Assembly: GCA_964016885.1 (NCBI GenBank)
Contig: OZ024745.1
Span: forward strand, 96,410,001-96,474,000
Direction of reading: 5' to 3'
Length of the DNA stretch: 64,000 nt
DNA from: Eledone cirrhosa
Taxonomy: Eukaryota
This document shows, piece after piece, positions 28,825 through 41,700 of this stretch; the first letter of the stretch is position 1, and every line of letters starts with the position of its first letter. The notes beneath the pieces are model-generated. The model made no database searches and was not told the DNA's origin. It was given only the letters and a program-made list of their open reading frames with translations. The translations under genes and the position numbers were made by a program.

Positions 28825-30938
28825 TTGCAGTGGCTATTTCGAAGCTGAACAGTGGAATATCTCCAGGTATGGATGGCATACATGCTGAGCTCCTACAATA
28901 TGGTGGTGAGAGACTCCTGCAACATCTTCACTCTTTGTTTGGCAGGATATGGGCTAATGAATCCGTACCTGAGGACTGGAGAGATGCAGTAATTGTGGTC
29001 TTGTACAAGGGAAAGGGTAACAGGAATGATTGTGGGAACTACAGAGGTATATCATTGCTTTCTGTCGTAGGGAAAGTTTTATGTAAGGTGCTTCTGGACC
29101 GTCTGCTGACACACATTGCAGATTGTGTTCTTCCTGAAAGTCAATCTGGTTTTCGTACTAGACGCGGCACTACTGATATGATCTTCTCAGATAGACAGCT
29201 CCAGGAGAAGTGCATGGAACAAGGCTTGGATCTGTATCAGGTTTTTGTCGATCTGACAAAAGCTTTCGATACTGTTAACAGAGATGCATTATGGAAGGTT
29301 CTGCAGAAACTTGGTTGCCCTGATAAGTTCCTTGCTTTAGATAGGTGTTTCCATGACGACATGAAGGCTTGGGTTAATGTCGGGGGTAACATGTCGGAGC
29401 CTATCTCAGTAAAAAATGGAGTGAAACAGGGGGATATTCCAGCACCGACCCTGTTTGCCATATACTTTGCAATGGTTTTCTGTATTGCATTCAGGAATTG
29501 CGAGCATGGTGTTTACATCCGATATCGAACCTCAGGCAGCATATTTAACATCAGGCGCTTTGCTGCGAAGACAATTTACATCAATCATAAGAGACCTCTT
29601 GTATGCAGATGATTGCGATCTTGTAGCGCACACAGAGAGTGATATGCAGTTCATTTTGAATGCATTTTCTGACGCTTGCACTGCCCTAGGTCTGACTGTC
29701 AGTCTCAAGAAAACCGTCGTCATGTACCAACCTGCCCCTGGTAAGCAGTACACTGAACCAAACATCTATGTGTATGGCAAACGACTTGGAGTGGTTGATC
29801 AGTTTGTCTACCTGGGAAGCACTGTCAATCGATACAGCAACCTTGACAGTGAAATCTCACTTAGGATTAGGAAAGCAAGTGATGCTTTCGGAAAGCTAGA
29901 AAGGCGACTCTGGGGTCGGCGAGACATATGCAGGAGGACAAAGGTAAAGGTGTACAGGGCATGTGTACTCTCTTGTCTTCTTTATGCCTGCGAGACCTGG
30001 GTCACATATCGACACCACCTTAAGCAATTGGAGCGTTTCCATCAGATGTGTCTCAGACGGATCCATGGCGTTCACTGGAGGGACCACATCAGTGATGTCG
30101 AAATTTTGGAAAGCTCTATGTGTGACAGTATAGAAGCTCTTGTGCTTAAGCAACGACTCCGTTGGAGTGGTCACCTTGCCAGGATGAAGGATTCTAGAAT
30201 ACCAAAACAACTCTTTTATGGAGAGTTGGTTAAAGGAAAACGACCGCCACATAAACCAAAAAGGAGGTATAAGGATTCCTTGAAAGCCTCTCTGAAAGAC
30301 GCTAACATCTCTGCTGATACATGGGAGAATATTGCTGCTGATCGTAATAAATGGAGTAAGACTGTATATGAGGGAAAAGTTGCCTTTGAGGCATCTCGAA
30401 TCGCATACGAGAAAGTAAAGCGGGATGTGAGGAAGGGCATTGCTTCCAGACGGCGAGGGTCCTCCTATGGTGCTGACATGCAGCGTATGTGCGAGACTCT
30501 GCCTAAGCAAAGCTGGACTCGAAAGTCATCTTCGCAGTCATAAAGTAAGACCAGTGGTTGACTACCAGGCTGCTGTTGGAGATACTACTCATCATGCTTG
30601 CCAAACATGTGGTAGAGAATGTAAATCAGCAGGAGGGCTCAAGCGACATGCAAAAGTACACGAACTCCAACCACAGCCGACTATTCCCAGTGAATGTTTT
30701 GGTTGCCGACTCTGTGCAAGACATTTTAGATCATTGGCTGGGCTAAAAAGCCACATTCGATCGCAGCGCTGTTAGTTGCTATCGTGTGTGTGTGTGTGTG
30801 TAGATATGCTTATGTGTGTGCGTGTGTGTGTATATATATATGTATATGTATATTATTATTGTTGTTGTCGTTATTATTATTGTTGTTATTATTATTATTA
30901 TTGTTATTAATGTGTGTGTGTATATGTATGTGTGAGTA

Positions 30939-30969
<31 letters not shown>

Positions 30970-31123
30970 ATGTATATATATATATATTTCTTTTTTTTTT
31001 TATTTATTTATTATTATTATTATTTTATTTATTTATTTATTTATTTTTTTTTTTTCTTTATTTTTTTTCTTTTCTTTCTTCTCGTGCAATGGCCATACTC
31101 GATAACGAGAGGGCAGCCATCAT
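28825..31123 (+). mobile_element. 5'-truncated RTE (BovB-like) LINE with three C-terminal C2H2 fingers; frameshifted
   Basis: PGMDGI, NYRGISLLS, FVDLTKAFDTVNR, GVKQG, LLYADD, FVYLGS, LYACETW, LRWSGHLARM; frameshifts near 29570 and 30440; microsatellite-expanded 3' UTR ending ctcgataacgag..gcagccatcat. Confidence 0.9.
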
Positions 31124-31281
31124 ATATGTATGTATATATGTATGTATATTCTTCAGGTTTTATAATTTCACAAAGTTTTACCAATAGATGTATGTATACA
31201 TGTATGTATGGATATATGTATGTATGAATATATGTATGTATATATGTATGTATGCATGCTTGCAAGTATGTATGTATGTAA

Positions 31282-31817
31282 GTAACACCCCTGAGTGCTA
31301 CTGGTAACATGTAACCCAGTATAACCTGTTGCAGGGTCGGCTCGTTGGCGACTAAACCGACAACCCCACCAAGTTTACTTGGTGAGGAGGGTGATTTTGG
31401 ACACCCTGCAGGACAAAAAACAAAACCTGACAAAGGGCAAAAGAACTCATAAGAGTCAACGGCCATCCAAATGTGTGTAAATATGTATATATACACATGT
31501 GCTGCGCGGTTAAACCACTGGGAGTGAAGGACCCCTAGCCTTTGTCAGGGCATTCTTCTAGGAGTAGGCAACTTAGGAAACTGGGATAACTCCGATATAA
31601 AATCTGTGACTCAGTAGTTACCGATGATGTTGATCTTTTCTTCTTTTCGGGTTATAGCTACTGTCGCTCAGAGAGTGGGATTGGCTCAGTGCACAGTCTT
31701 TCCTCACTTTAAAAAATATCTTCACGCACAGGCATTGCACCATAGAATTAATTAATAATTACAAATACAGTTATATCGTGCAATGTCGATACTCGATAAC
31801 GAGGGGGCAGCCATCAT
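31282..31817 (+). mobile_element. Non-autonomous bipartite RTE-derived element (5'UTR-like part plus RTE 3' tail)
   Basis: Homologous to 6249-6947 and more distantly to 43171-43572; terminal ~43 nt match the RTE LINE end at 31081-31123. Confidence 0.7.
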
Positions 31818-31858
31818 GTAAGTATGTATGTATGCATGTTTGCATGTATCTATGTATG

Positions 31859-31962
<104 letters not shown>

Positions 31963-32011
31963 TGTATGTATGTATGTATGTATGTTGACTTGTTCTTCTT
32001 TTTGGTAAATA

Positions 32012-32304
32012 TCATCTTGGTTAAAAGAGTTGGACTGGCTTTGTGCAGTACCTTTGCTCACTATAAAAGCTTCACGGCACAGGCATTGCTTTATATCTGG
32101 AGATCTCTCTGCACTTGTCATCACATGGTACCATGGGCCCAGCACTATGTGTCAATAATTGTCACAAGTGTAGTGTTTGTACCAGAGTTTTCAAGTCGCT
32201 GGCTGGACTAAAAAGTCACACTCGTTCAGCGCATCGGTAGGACTTCTCCTACATGGATATAAAGTAGTAGCCGTACTCGAAAACGAGTTGGCAGCCACCA
32301 CCAT
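32012..32304 (+). mobile_element. Diverged short RTE-derived element
   Basis: ggactggctttgtgcag..ctcactataaaagcttcacggcacaggcattgc resembles 31676-31738; ends actcgaaaacgag..gcagccacc. Confidence 0.5.
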
Positions 32305-32778
32305 GTATGTATATATATATATATATATGTATGCATGTATGCATGTATGTATGTATGTATGTATGTATCCATGTATGTATATATACATACATACATTTTT
32401 TTTTTCTTCTCGTGCAATGGCCATACTCGATAACGAGGGGGCAGCCATCATATATCCATGTATGTATATATGTATGTATATATGTATGTATATATGCATT
32501 TATATATACCTAAAATTCTCATTTATTGCTCTTGAGATATTGGGAAGTTCTTTCAATCAATATGATATATGCTAGATAGGCTCACGTGACTCCGCTACTT
32601 CCTCAGTTCTAGCTCAATCTACCCGTCTAAAGAAAATAATTAGAATAACATATCTTTTTCAGTTGGTTAATTACTAATTTAGCAGATTCGTTAGTAAGTA
32701 ATTAAGGTCAATTAAAAAATGTAATTTATATTCATGTACTTGTTTTGTAGTTTTGTATACTACTATATCAGCTGTGCA

Positions 32779-33348
<570 letters not shown>

Positions 33349-34149
33349 GATTTCTTCTACAGCAATATGAATAACAATAAATACTACAGTTACTGCTACT
33401 ACTATTGTTTTGCAGCTGGTGTTGCTGCTGTTGCTGCTGTTGTTGCTTCTTCTGTTGTTGTTGTTATTGTTGTTGTTAAACAACAACAATAACAACTACT
33501 GCCATATGTTTCGCCTAATGAGGTAAACAAGTCAAGAGTGACAAATATTTCTATTCTGTATCTGTATTTACAAACAAACTTGTTTCTGCAAGCCCATAAC
33601 TTCAATATAACATAAAGAATTAACTATCTGTTACTCTATACTGAATTCCCTACATCTCCCCCCCCCCCTCTCTCTCTCTCTTTCTCTCTCTCTCACTCTC
33701 TCTCATTCTCTCTCTCACCCTCTTACTCTCTCTCTCTCACTCTCAGACTTTTCTCTATCTCTGATTTTCTGTGAATTGTATGTAACACAAGCAGTTGTCA
33801 ATATGTTGCTTTATGTTGCTTTATACTGATGACACACGAAGATTCAGAAACAAGTTTGTTTAAAGATACAGACAAAGGTGAAATCAGGGATATATTAAGA
33901 TTAATAAAATTAATATTTAGTTACTTGACATGTGACTATAAAGATGGGTCATCGTAGTCCTACGTAAGTGTAACATATCAGTGTGTATCTAACTCCACCT
34001 GTGGGAAACGCACATATATTCAAAGGTGGCTGACACCAAGTGGAAAAAGCAAAAATAGGAGAATTTCTAAAGCACATGAATATATATTTAATTTTCTATT
34101 TCTTTTAGAGATACCTTATAGTTTCTTCGAGTAGAAAACACCTTTTCCC

Positions 34150-34560
34150 TAGTAGTCGTTGAAAACAATATCAGGCCGATTGACCTAGCTTATTTCTATC
34201 TGGAGAGTAGCATATCTGAGAGTATGTTTGCTTTATTATCATCTGAGTCCTGTACTGGTGTATGTTTATACTCCATTTTTCTGTCGGTATTTCACATTCC
34301 TGGCTTAATTTCCGATATACAAACCCCTCAAAACTGTGGTCAATTGTTTCGCCCAAACTTCCACACCCTCTGCAGTTACAGGTTCTCTGCTTTTTCCTTG
34401 CTTTTGGTGATTTCTGGTGAGAAGGCTTTGTTCATGTGATGCGGTTAAGAATTCTACATTCAGCTTTGAGTACTCCGCTTCTAAGTCAATATTATGATTT
34501 TTCTTTTTCTGTTTCTAAAATTAGCCACGCAGTGGCTTTTCTTTCCATCGATTTAGCATC
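34150..34560 (-). pseudogene. Possible highly decayed pogo/Tigger-like transposase remnant
   Basis: Only a weak resemblance of broken minus-strand translations to the CENP-B/DDE junction; no TIRs seen. Confidence 0.2.
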
Positions 34561-34764
34561 GCATTTTATCGTAATCTTTTTATTTAATATCTAGCTTTTT
34601 CATAATGTCTGTTATTTTACCTTACTTCTCACATATGTTTGTTATTTCAGCCTCAGTTTTATAATTTCTTTTTTGTTTACGTTTTATCAGATATTCTGTA
34701 ATATTCTAGTTATTTTTCTAGTTTTGCTATCTCGTCTTACTTCAGTTAGCGTTCAGTTGATAAT

Positions 34765-35123
34765 AATTGTTTCTACTTTTGGCAGAAGGCCAGCAATTAC
34801 CCAGTGCATTACTGGTACGTTATTTTATCGACCCCGTAAGGATGAAAAAGCAAAGTTAACCTCGGCGCGATTTGAACTTAGAATGGCAAGGGCCGTAACT
34901 CTATGCGTCAAAGCATGGCGTTCGACCTTCATAATAATTGTTTCTACTTTTGGCACAAGGCCAGCAATTACTAGTGTATTACTGGTACTTTATTTTATCG
35001 ACCCCGTAAGGATGAAAGGCAAAGTTAACCTCGGCGGGATTTGAACTCAGAATGGGAAGGGCCGTAACTCTTTGCGTCAAAGCATGGCGTCCGACCCTCT
35101 ACCGATACTGCCAATCCACCGCC
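34765..35123 (-). mobile_element. Two head-to-tail SINEs (main family)
   Basis: 34765-34928 (5'-truncated) and 34935-35123. Confidence 0.9.
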
Positions 35124-35469
35124 TATAATAATATGATTAAAGCCTATTACTAGAACAGGTAGAACATTTATACCCATTACCTAACTTTTGACATTTAACT
35201 ATGTATTAATTATTAATTTATTACGTCCATAATACACTGTATTTGTCTTTTCTTACATTGGTATGTGCTCTACAAGAGTCTATGGTCTCACTGACGGCTG
35301 TCACATCTATCGCTAGTGACATGAGGTCGTTGAACAAGGGACCTTGCTTCTAGGACGATCCCTAGCCACGTACAATTATGCAACGTACTCTTGAAATTGC
35401 CAGGCTGGTCAGAAAGAATTAAGATAAAGAAAGGGAGAGGGCTTTTTCCCCTCTCGGTGTTGTCGGAAA

Positions 35470-35838
35470 TCGGATGGTCCTTTACGTTCTGAGATCAAAT
35501 CTTCGCGAGGTTGACTTTGCCTTTCATCCTTACGGGGTCGACAAAATAATACACCAGTAACGTACTGGGATCAATTGAATCGACTCCATTCCCGCAAAAA
35601 TTGTTGGCGTTGTGTTTAAATCAGAAACCATTATTTATTTATATATATGGCGGTGGATTGGCAGTATCGGTAGAGGGTCGGACGCCATGCTTTGACGCAT
35701 GGGGTTACGGCCCTTGTTATTCTGAGTTCAAATCCCGCCGAGGTTAACTTTAACTTTCATCCTTACGGGGTCGATAAAATAAAGTACCAGTAATGTACTG
35801 GATAATTGCTGGCCTTGTGCCAATAGTAGAAACCATTA
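35470..35838 (+). mobile_element. Older SINE followed by a young SINE (35649-35838)
   Basis: Family matches; attatttatttatatat follows both copies. Confidence 0.85.
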
Positions 35839-36663
35839 TTTATTTATATATTTATCTATTTATTTATTTATTTCTGCATATACATGGCATTGTACCAATA
35901 TTATGATAATTACTCCAGGAGTCGATAATATAATTACCAGTCAAGTACTAGGGTCGTCTGAATTGACTGTACCTTGCACAAAATATTTATATTTTGGCAA
36001 TGTCAGAAATCAATAATTAAGAATACAATATTTCCTTCTTCATAAATGAATGCATTAGAAATCAACCTCGTTCGAGAAATTTCTGCAATATGCAATTTTT
36101 TCTTTAAACACCTAGTCACGCCTCACAATTCAATTATCTCACATTCTAACTTCTTTTCGTTGTTCATTTATCGTATATTAAGTCCTCCGAGAATAGAAGA
36201 ATGCAAGAGTGACGTCTATGCAAAACAAATTACGGTGTTTCATTGGAAAAATACCATAAGTTCATACATTTAATATTCACATGAACTTCGTTATTAATTT
36301 GAAGAAGGGTTTTCCAATATTTCACCGGATCTCTGCTGAGAAAAAAAAAAAATAGGCAAGCTATGATTTTAAGAATTGATTGACATCATTTTAAGTATTC
36401 ACAACACACACACTTAGACACAAACACAGATATGTATTAAAAAAGTTAAGAAGCTAAAAATTATGAATAAAAAGAAAAAGAAACATCTCAGCATTGAATA
36501 TTTATGGGAAAAATCCGAGAGAATAAATTATTCACCCAAACAAATTATGATGCAGATGTCAGTCTGATAATATGGTGATGTATCTTGGTCTATCTCCAAC
36601 ACGTTCCAACACTAAAGGGATTTATCATTATCACTATAAGCTATCATATATACATACATACAT

Positions 36664-36753
<90 letters not shown>

Positions 36754-36769
36754 ATATACACGTGGAAAA

Positions 36770-38350
36770 GTAAGAAATAGGAGAACAAACCGTTAATACA
36801 TGTTTATTTAAAACAGCACCTACGTACGTTTCGCCCGGATGGGCTTATCAAGGGCATAATAACTAAAAAGTGTTCCTTACATGGCCCGGAAAGTGTTTTT
36901 GGAGGTAAGTTCACGTCAGAGTTCATTCTTCGCAAAAAAGCGTGTTTTGATTTTGCAGTAGGTCAAGGGAGGTAACTCTGTCCGGTGTTAGGGCAGTCTT
37001 TCCCGGACAAATTTTTTATCCGTTACAAGATGTGGTTACAATCTTTCCATTGTCGACACGCACCGGTAAGCAACGTTTGTTTTGATACGTTTGTTTCTGC
37101 ACCTGCCCGCCTGGGGCATTTGAAGCTGGGTCTGGGATGCATGGTTAGCTTCCGGATGTTTTTTGCAGCGCCTGCCCGCCGGGGTGTTAAAGCTTGTTGC
37201 AGGGAGACCCGGTATACGGTTTCACTCCTCATCCTTATCCCATCTGAAGAAGGCTATTTTTAAGCGAGGTGTACAGCGTATCGTCGTTTCAGCTGTGCTG
37301 TTGATGAGCTCGTGGGGTGCCGTTATGATGTAGTAGAACTCCATGAGGCAAAGATCGCACTTCCTCTTGAAGTTGTACGGTGCAAGCCCTGCCGACAATA
37401 TCCCAGTGCGTGGAGAAGCTGATGTTTAAGTCTTTTAATGATGTGATGTAGTCCGCGAGCGAAGTGGAGTGTCTTAATTTCTTATTTTTGAAAGAGTGGA
37501 AATGTGTTCGAAATCTAATTTTGAACGGGCCAGAGGTAGCCCCTATATAATGTTTAACGCTATTGTGGCTAGTTACAGTGCACCTATATATAACCCTATC
37601 AGTGAAGCAGTATCCCCTAAGGGGGCAACGTCCCCTGTCGCGGCAGTTGCAATTTCGGTCGCGGTCCCTTCTAATTCCCACGGTAAGGCTATCATTATTG
37701 CTATCTACGTTGTTACCTACTCTCCCGCACCTGTCGTTAGCACCATTACAACCCATTGTGTGCGAGGTGGCACCATTATTATTCCGCACGTGATGTCCTG
37801 CATGTTCCCCAGTCATGTCGCGGTTATGCTGGTTGCGTCTGTAGAGGTTGTGCCAGCACTATTGGATGCTGCTAGGGAGTCGTTAAGGCCGAGATAGTTA
37901 TTGTCAGGTGTAGGTGCGTTTGTACTAAGGTGTTGTGTCTTGGTGATCTTACTGTGATTAATTGTTCCTATGATGTCTGCTAGGTTAGGAGTAGTAGAGA
38001 AGGATATTTTTATATTGTTCCTATTAAGGATTTTTCTATACCTATGGTTGAGTGGGAAGTTCTTCTCTAAGGCTTCGAAGAATATCCGGGGTATGTCGGA
38101 GGCCACACTCCGAGAATAGGGGGGATGGAACCATAGGACGTTACGGTGGCGATTACGTGTCCTTGTACGTTTGTTACGGGTGGTTCCATCAGGGTGACCG
38201 TCCTTATGCATGTTAATGCGCTGTAGCCCGTTCCGTGCCCCTTTCACTTTATGCTCGGGTGCACTCTTCTTCCTTCTGCTATGTTTATGTACAGGAAGAT
38301 GTTGGTTGGAAGGCGTTGGTAGTAGGCCGTCGCCTTTGTTGATTTTATAG
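36770..38350 (-). mobile_element. 5'-truncated Penelope-like element (Naiad-like; linker, GIY-YIG endonuclease, 3' pLTR)
   Basis: VLWFHPPYS, KISFSTTPNL, CNCRDRGRCPLRGYC (CxCx5Cx5C), VIY..YIGAT..FKIRFRTH, CDLC; frameshifts; hammerhead and AATAAA at the 3' end. Confidence 0.85.
36816..36856 (-). ncRNA. Putative minimal hammerhead with U3-A8 core variant
   Basis: Minus strand reads gccc-UUGAUAA-gccc-aucc-gggc-GAAAC-guac-GUA-ggugc; perfect 4-bp stem II and palindromic loop 3. Confidence 0.7.
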
Positions 38351-38378
38351 TAGGGGAATAATTCGAGTAGGGGAATAA

Positions 38379-38947
38379 TTCATTTCTCACTCTTAGTACG
38401 GCACTTACTTAAATGTAAGTATGTATGTAAGTAAGTGCCGTACTAAGAGTGAGAAATGAAATTTCGTTTCATTCTATTCCATTTATCGTTTTCGGTGCGC
38501 CCGGCCGACTGAACTCACTCGATAAGCAAATTAGGCTGCTCAGCTGTTAATATGCATAAGGAAAGTATATAATTTCAGACGTTCAACCATCTGGCAGGAA
38601 TGTATACGATGCTGACGATAGCTAATAAGCTTGAAACTAGTATATCGTTCCTGTGTCAGTGTTGAACAAAAAGGTGACGTGGTTGCCTAAACACTGTACG
38701 GCGTAATTCGGGCTGTTTGTTTGTTTACAACAAATAATAATGCTCGGTTTGTTTGTTTACAAACAAACAAACCGAGCATTATAATAAATGTTCGGTAAAC
38801 CGATACGTCATATATATATGTGTGCATGTATGTATATATATACATACTACTGTACGTCTGTATACATATATGTATGTACGTATACATACATACTTACATT
38901 TAAGTAAGTGCTGTACTAAGAGTGAGAAATGAAATTTCGTTTCATTC

Positions 38948-38952
<5 letters not shown>
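38379..38952 (+). mobile_element. Retrozyme/pLTR-like unit (about 1.1 copies plus a 5' inverted segment), same family as 44596-46195
   Basis: Direct repeat at 38428 and 38901; 38379-38427 inverted; clear homology to the 419-bp unit. Confidence 0.85.
38597..38651 (+). ncRNA. Minimal type I hammerhead ribozyme
   Basis: acgaug-CUGACGA-u-agcu-aaua-agcu-u-GAAAC-ua-GUA-uaucgu; 6-bp stem I, palindromic ACUAGU stem III. Confidence 0.8.
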
Positions 38953-39030
<78 letters not shown>

Positions 39031-39336
39031 AAGGGAAGACCAGCATAATCGAAGCTCTGGCTGCAGCTATGCTAACGAATGCAATCGGAATGTGCAGCTA
39101 AGCACTCAATTAGGTATTTTACCTTAGAGTAATAACATTACGTTTAGACAGCTTGGCAAATTGAAGATTGCGACCGGCAAGCCAGCCGCAAGGACCAAAG
39201 CAACGAGAAAACCAACTCAGGATAATTTGACAAACCTGGACCATCGCGTCGATATTAAGCAATATCTCCGCTAGGATTCTGTGAATCCGAAATCAACAAA
39301 ATCCACTTGCGGGGTATGCAAGTCATTGGTTTTGTT

Positions 39337-39587
39337 GTGACGTGGAATTTGAAAGGTATGGAGTTCAATTATTCGCAGGGGTTACTGACCACACTTTTCT
39401 GTTTGTAGGGGTATTTTACTAAGATAACTGTGGCTAGAGTTATTTTCTATGTTTGGATCTATAAAGTTTCTATAAAGAAATTAACTCTAGTCACAGTTAT
39501 CTTAGTAAAATACCCCTACAGACAAAAAAGCGTGGTTAGTAACCGCTACGAATAATTGAACTCCGTACCTTTCAAGTTCCACGTCAC
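39337..39587. repeat. 250-bp imperfect palindrome (foldback/MITE-like)
   Basis: gtgacgtggaatttgaaaggta...tacctttcaagttccacgtcac; arms of about 115 bp. Confidence 0.85.
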
Positions 39588-39674
39588 GTCACACCCTGAC
39601 TTAGGACTGAGTATTCTTCCAACCGACTTGTAAGTTTAAATGGACGTAACTTTACCTATGATAAGCACTATGTA

Positions 39675-39675
<1 letters not shown>

Positions 39676-39705
<30 letters not shown>

Positions 39706-40200
39706 CTTCTTCTTCTTCTTCTTCTTCTTCTTCTTCTTCTTCTTCTTCTTCTTCTTCTTCTTCTTCTTCTTCTTCTTCATGAGTTTTGTCGTGGAGGCAG
39801 AATCTCCAAACACTCCCTTCAGCGAGTCCTGTCAGAAGCAACAGTCTCCAACTGATCCGGCTGAATCCCCAGGCGTGACCAACGAAGGTCATGGATGTTA
39901 TCCAAACATCTTGTTCGGGGTCTACCCCTGGGTCTCTTGCCGGTTGGTTTTGCCCGTAAAATCTGTCCACCGATTCTTTCCTGAGACATTCTAACCACAT
40001 GCCAATAGTATCAGAGCTGTGATCTCTCAATTCGGAGAAGTAGTTGCTCTACCTGGAGTGACTCTCTGATCTCTGAGCTACGCACTCTGTCGAGTAACGT
40101 TTCTCCAAAGTCCGTTCGGAAGAAACACTTTTCGGCCGCATGTATTCGCGATCGTGTTCTTTCGGTCGTTACTCAATATTCAGGACCATAGGTAAGGGTT
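39676..40200 (-). mobile_element. RTE (Rex3/Expander-like) 3' fragment with (GAA)n tail
   Basis: Minus-strand translation LLRIERSQL..WHVVRM..AKPTGKRPRGRPRTR..; stop followed directly by (GAA)n. Confidence 0.65.
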
Positions 40201-40492
40201 GGCACGAAACCCGAATTTTATTGGTATGTTCGTACAGGTTCCTTTTGATTAGGGACGAGACAATTATTTTGTGTGGGCATATAGGTAATAGAAAGGACTA
40301 AAGTGTATCTATTACTGGTATTTTTTTATCAACACCAAAAGTATAACAGGTTCGGGTAACACGGCTGATATTTGAACTCAGAATAAACAGTGAGACAGCA
40401 AACCAGATATTGTAAGTTATATTATATAGTACATATTACATACACATCACCATCTCAGCTGCTCGATTAGCACCAGTCAGTCTTGTTGTTGT

Positions 40493-40497
40493 AACTA

Positions 40498-40529
<32 letters not shown>

Positions 40530-40686
40530 ACTGCTGCTACTACTACTACTACTACTACTACTACTGCTGCTGCTACTGCTGCTACTACTACTACTACTAC
40601 TACTACTACTGCTGTTACTACTACTACTGCTGCTGCTGCTGCTCCTGCTACTACTACTACTAGTACTGCTGCTGCTGCTGCTGCTG

Positions 40687-40757
<71 letters not shown>

Positions 40758-40761
40758 CCTG

Positions 40762-40806
<45 letters not shown>

Positions 40807-40839
40807 GTACTACTACTACTAGTACTGCTGCTGTTGCTG

Positions 40840-40913
<74 letters not shown>

Positions 40914-40995
40914 TCTGCTGCTGCCACCACCACCACCACCACCACTACTACTACTACTGTTGCTGTTGCTACTACTACTACTACTGTTGCTGTTG

Positions 40996-41057
<62 letters not shown>
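40493..41057. repeat. Compound (CTA)n/(CTG)n trinucleotide array
   Basis: In-phase triplets; poly-Val/Ser/Leu ORFs are artefacts. Confidence 0.95.
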
Positions 41058-41151
41058 GTGACAGCGATCTAACATCATTAATCTTAAGTTGTAGTGTCAA
41101 ATTAATGCCTTTACTATGTTTACACGATTGGATTACAGTAGCACTAGTATT

Positions 41152-41191
<40 letters not shown>

Positions 41192-41654
41192 GCAACAACA
41201 ACAACTCCTTCAATGATATAAGAAGCCATATCGGTGACGATGATAACGAAACTATGAGTTGCGAAAAAATCGAGGATCCCCAACTGTTAGTTTTCTCGAT
41301 AGGTTTCGATCTATTATTGAATCATATTGAACAACGAATCCACCAGTTGCCTTATTCTGTGGTAAGTGGTTCATAATTTTACTTTCAACCAAACGGTAGT
41401 AATGCTAGAGAGAATCAATAGAGAAACTGACTGAATGTCTTCCGGTATTTCCAGTTATCTCCCTTTAGATTCTGCGTTCAAATTTCATCTAAGTCGTATT
41501 GTCAATATGTGAAATTAATTTTTTATATTAACCCATTCACTCATGCATTTCGTCCCACATACTCTCCTTCTCTCCTCTCTCTCCATATATATATATACAT
41601 ACACACATACACACACACACATGTGCAACCATGCAGTATTCTTCTCCCCATGTT

Positions 41655-41700
<46 letters not shown>

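Noticed and set aside
31290-31370. HDV-like ribozyme at the 5' end of the RTE-derived element
   Set aside because: P3-like and P4-like hairpins are present, but I could not place the P1 3' strand, P1.1 or a P2 partner
40436-41078. Poly-Val/Ser/Leu ORFs
   Set aside because: Frames of a (CTA/CTG)n array
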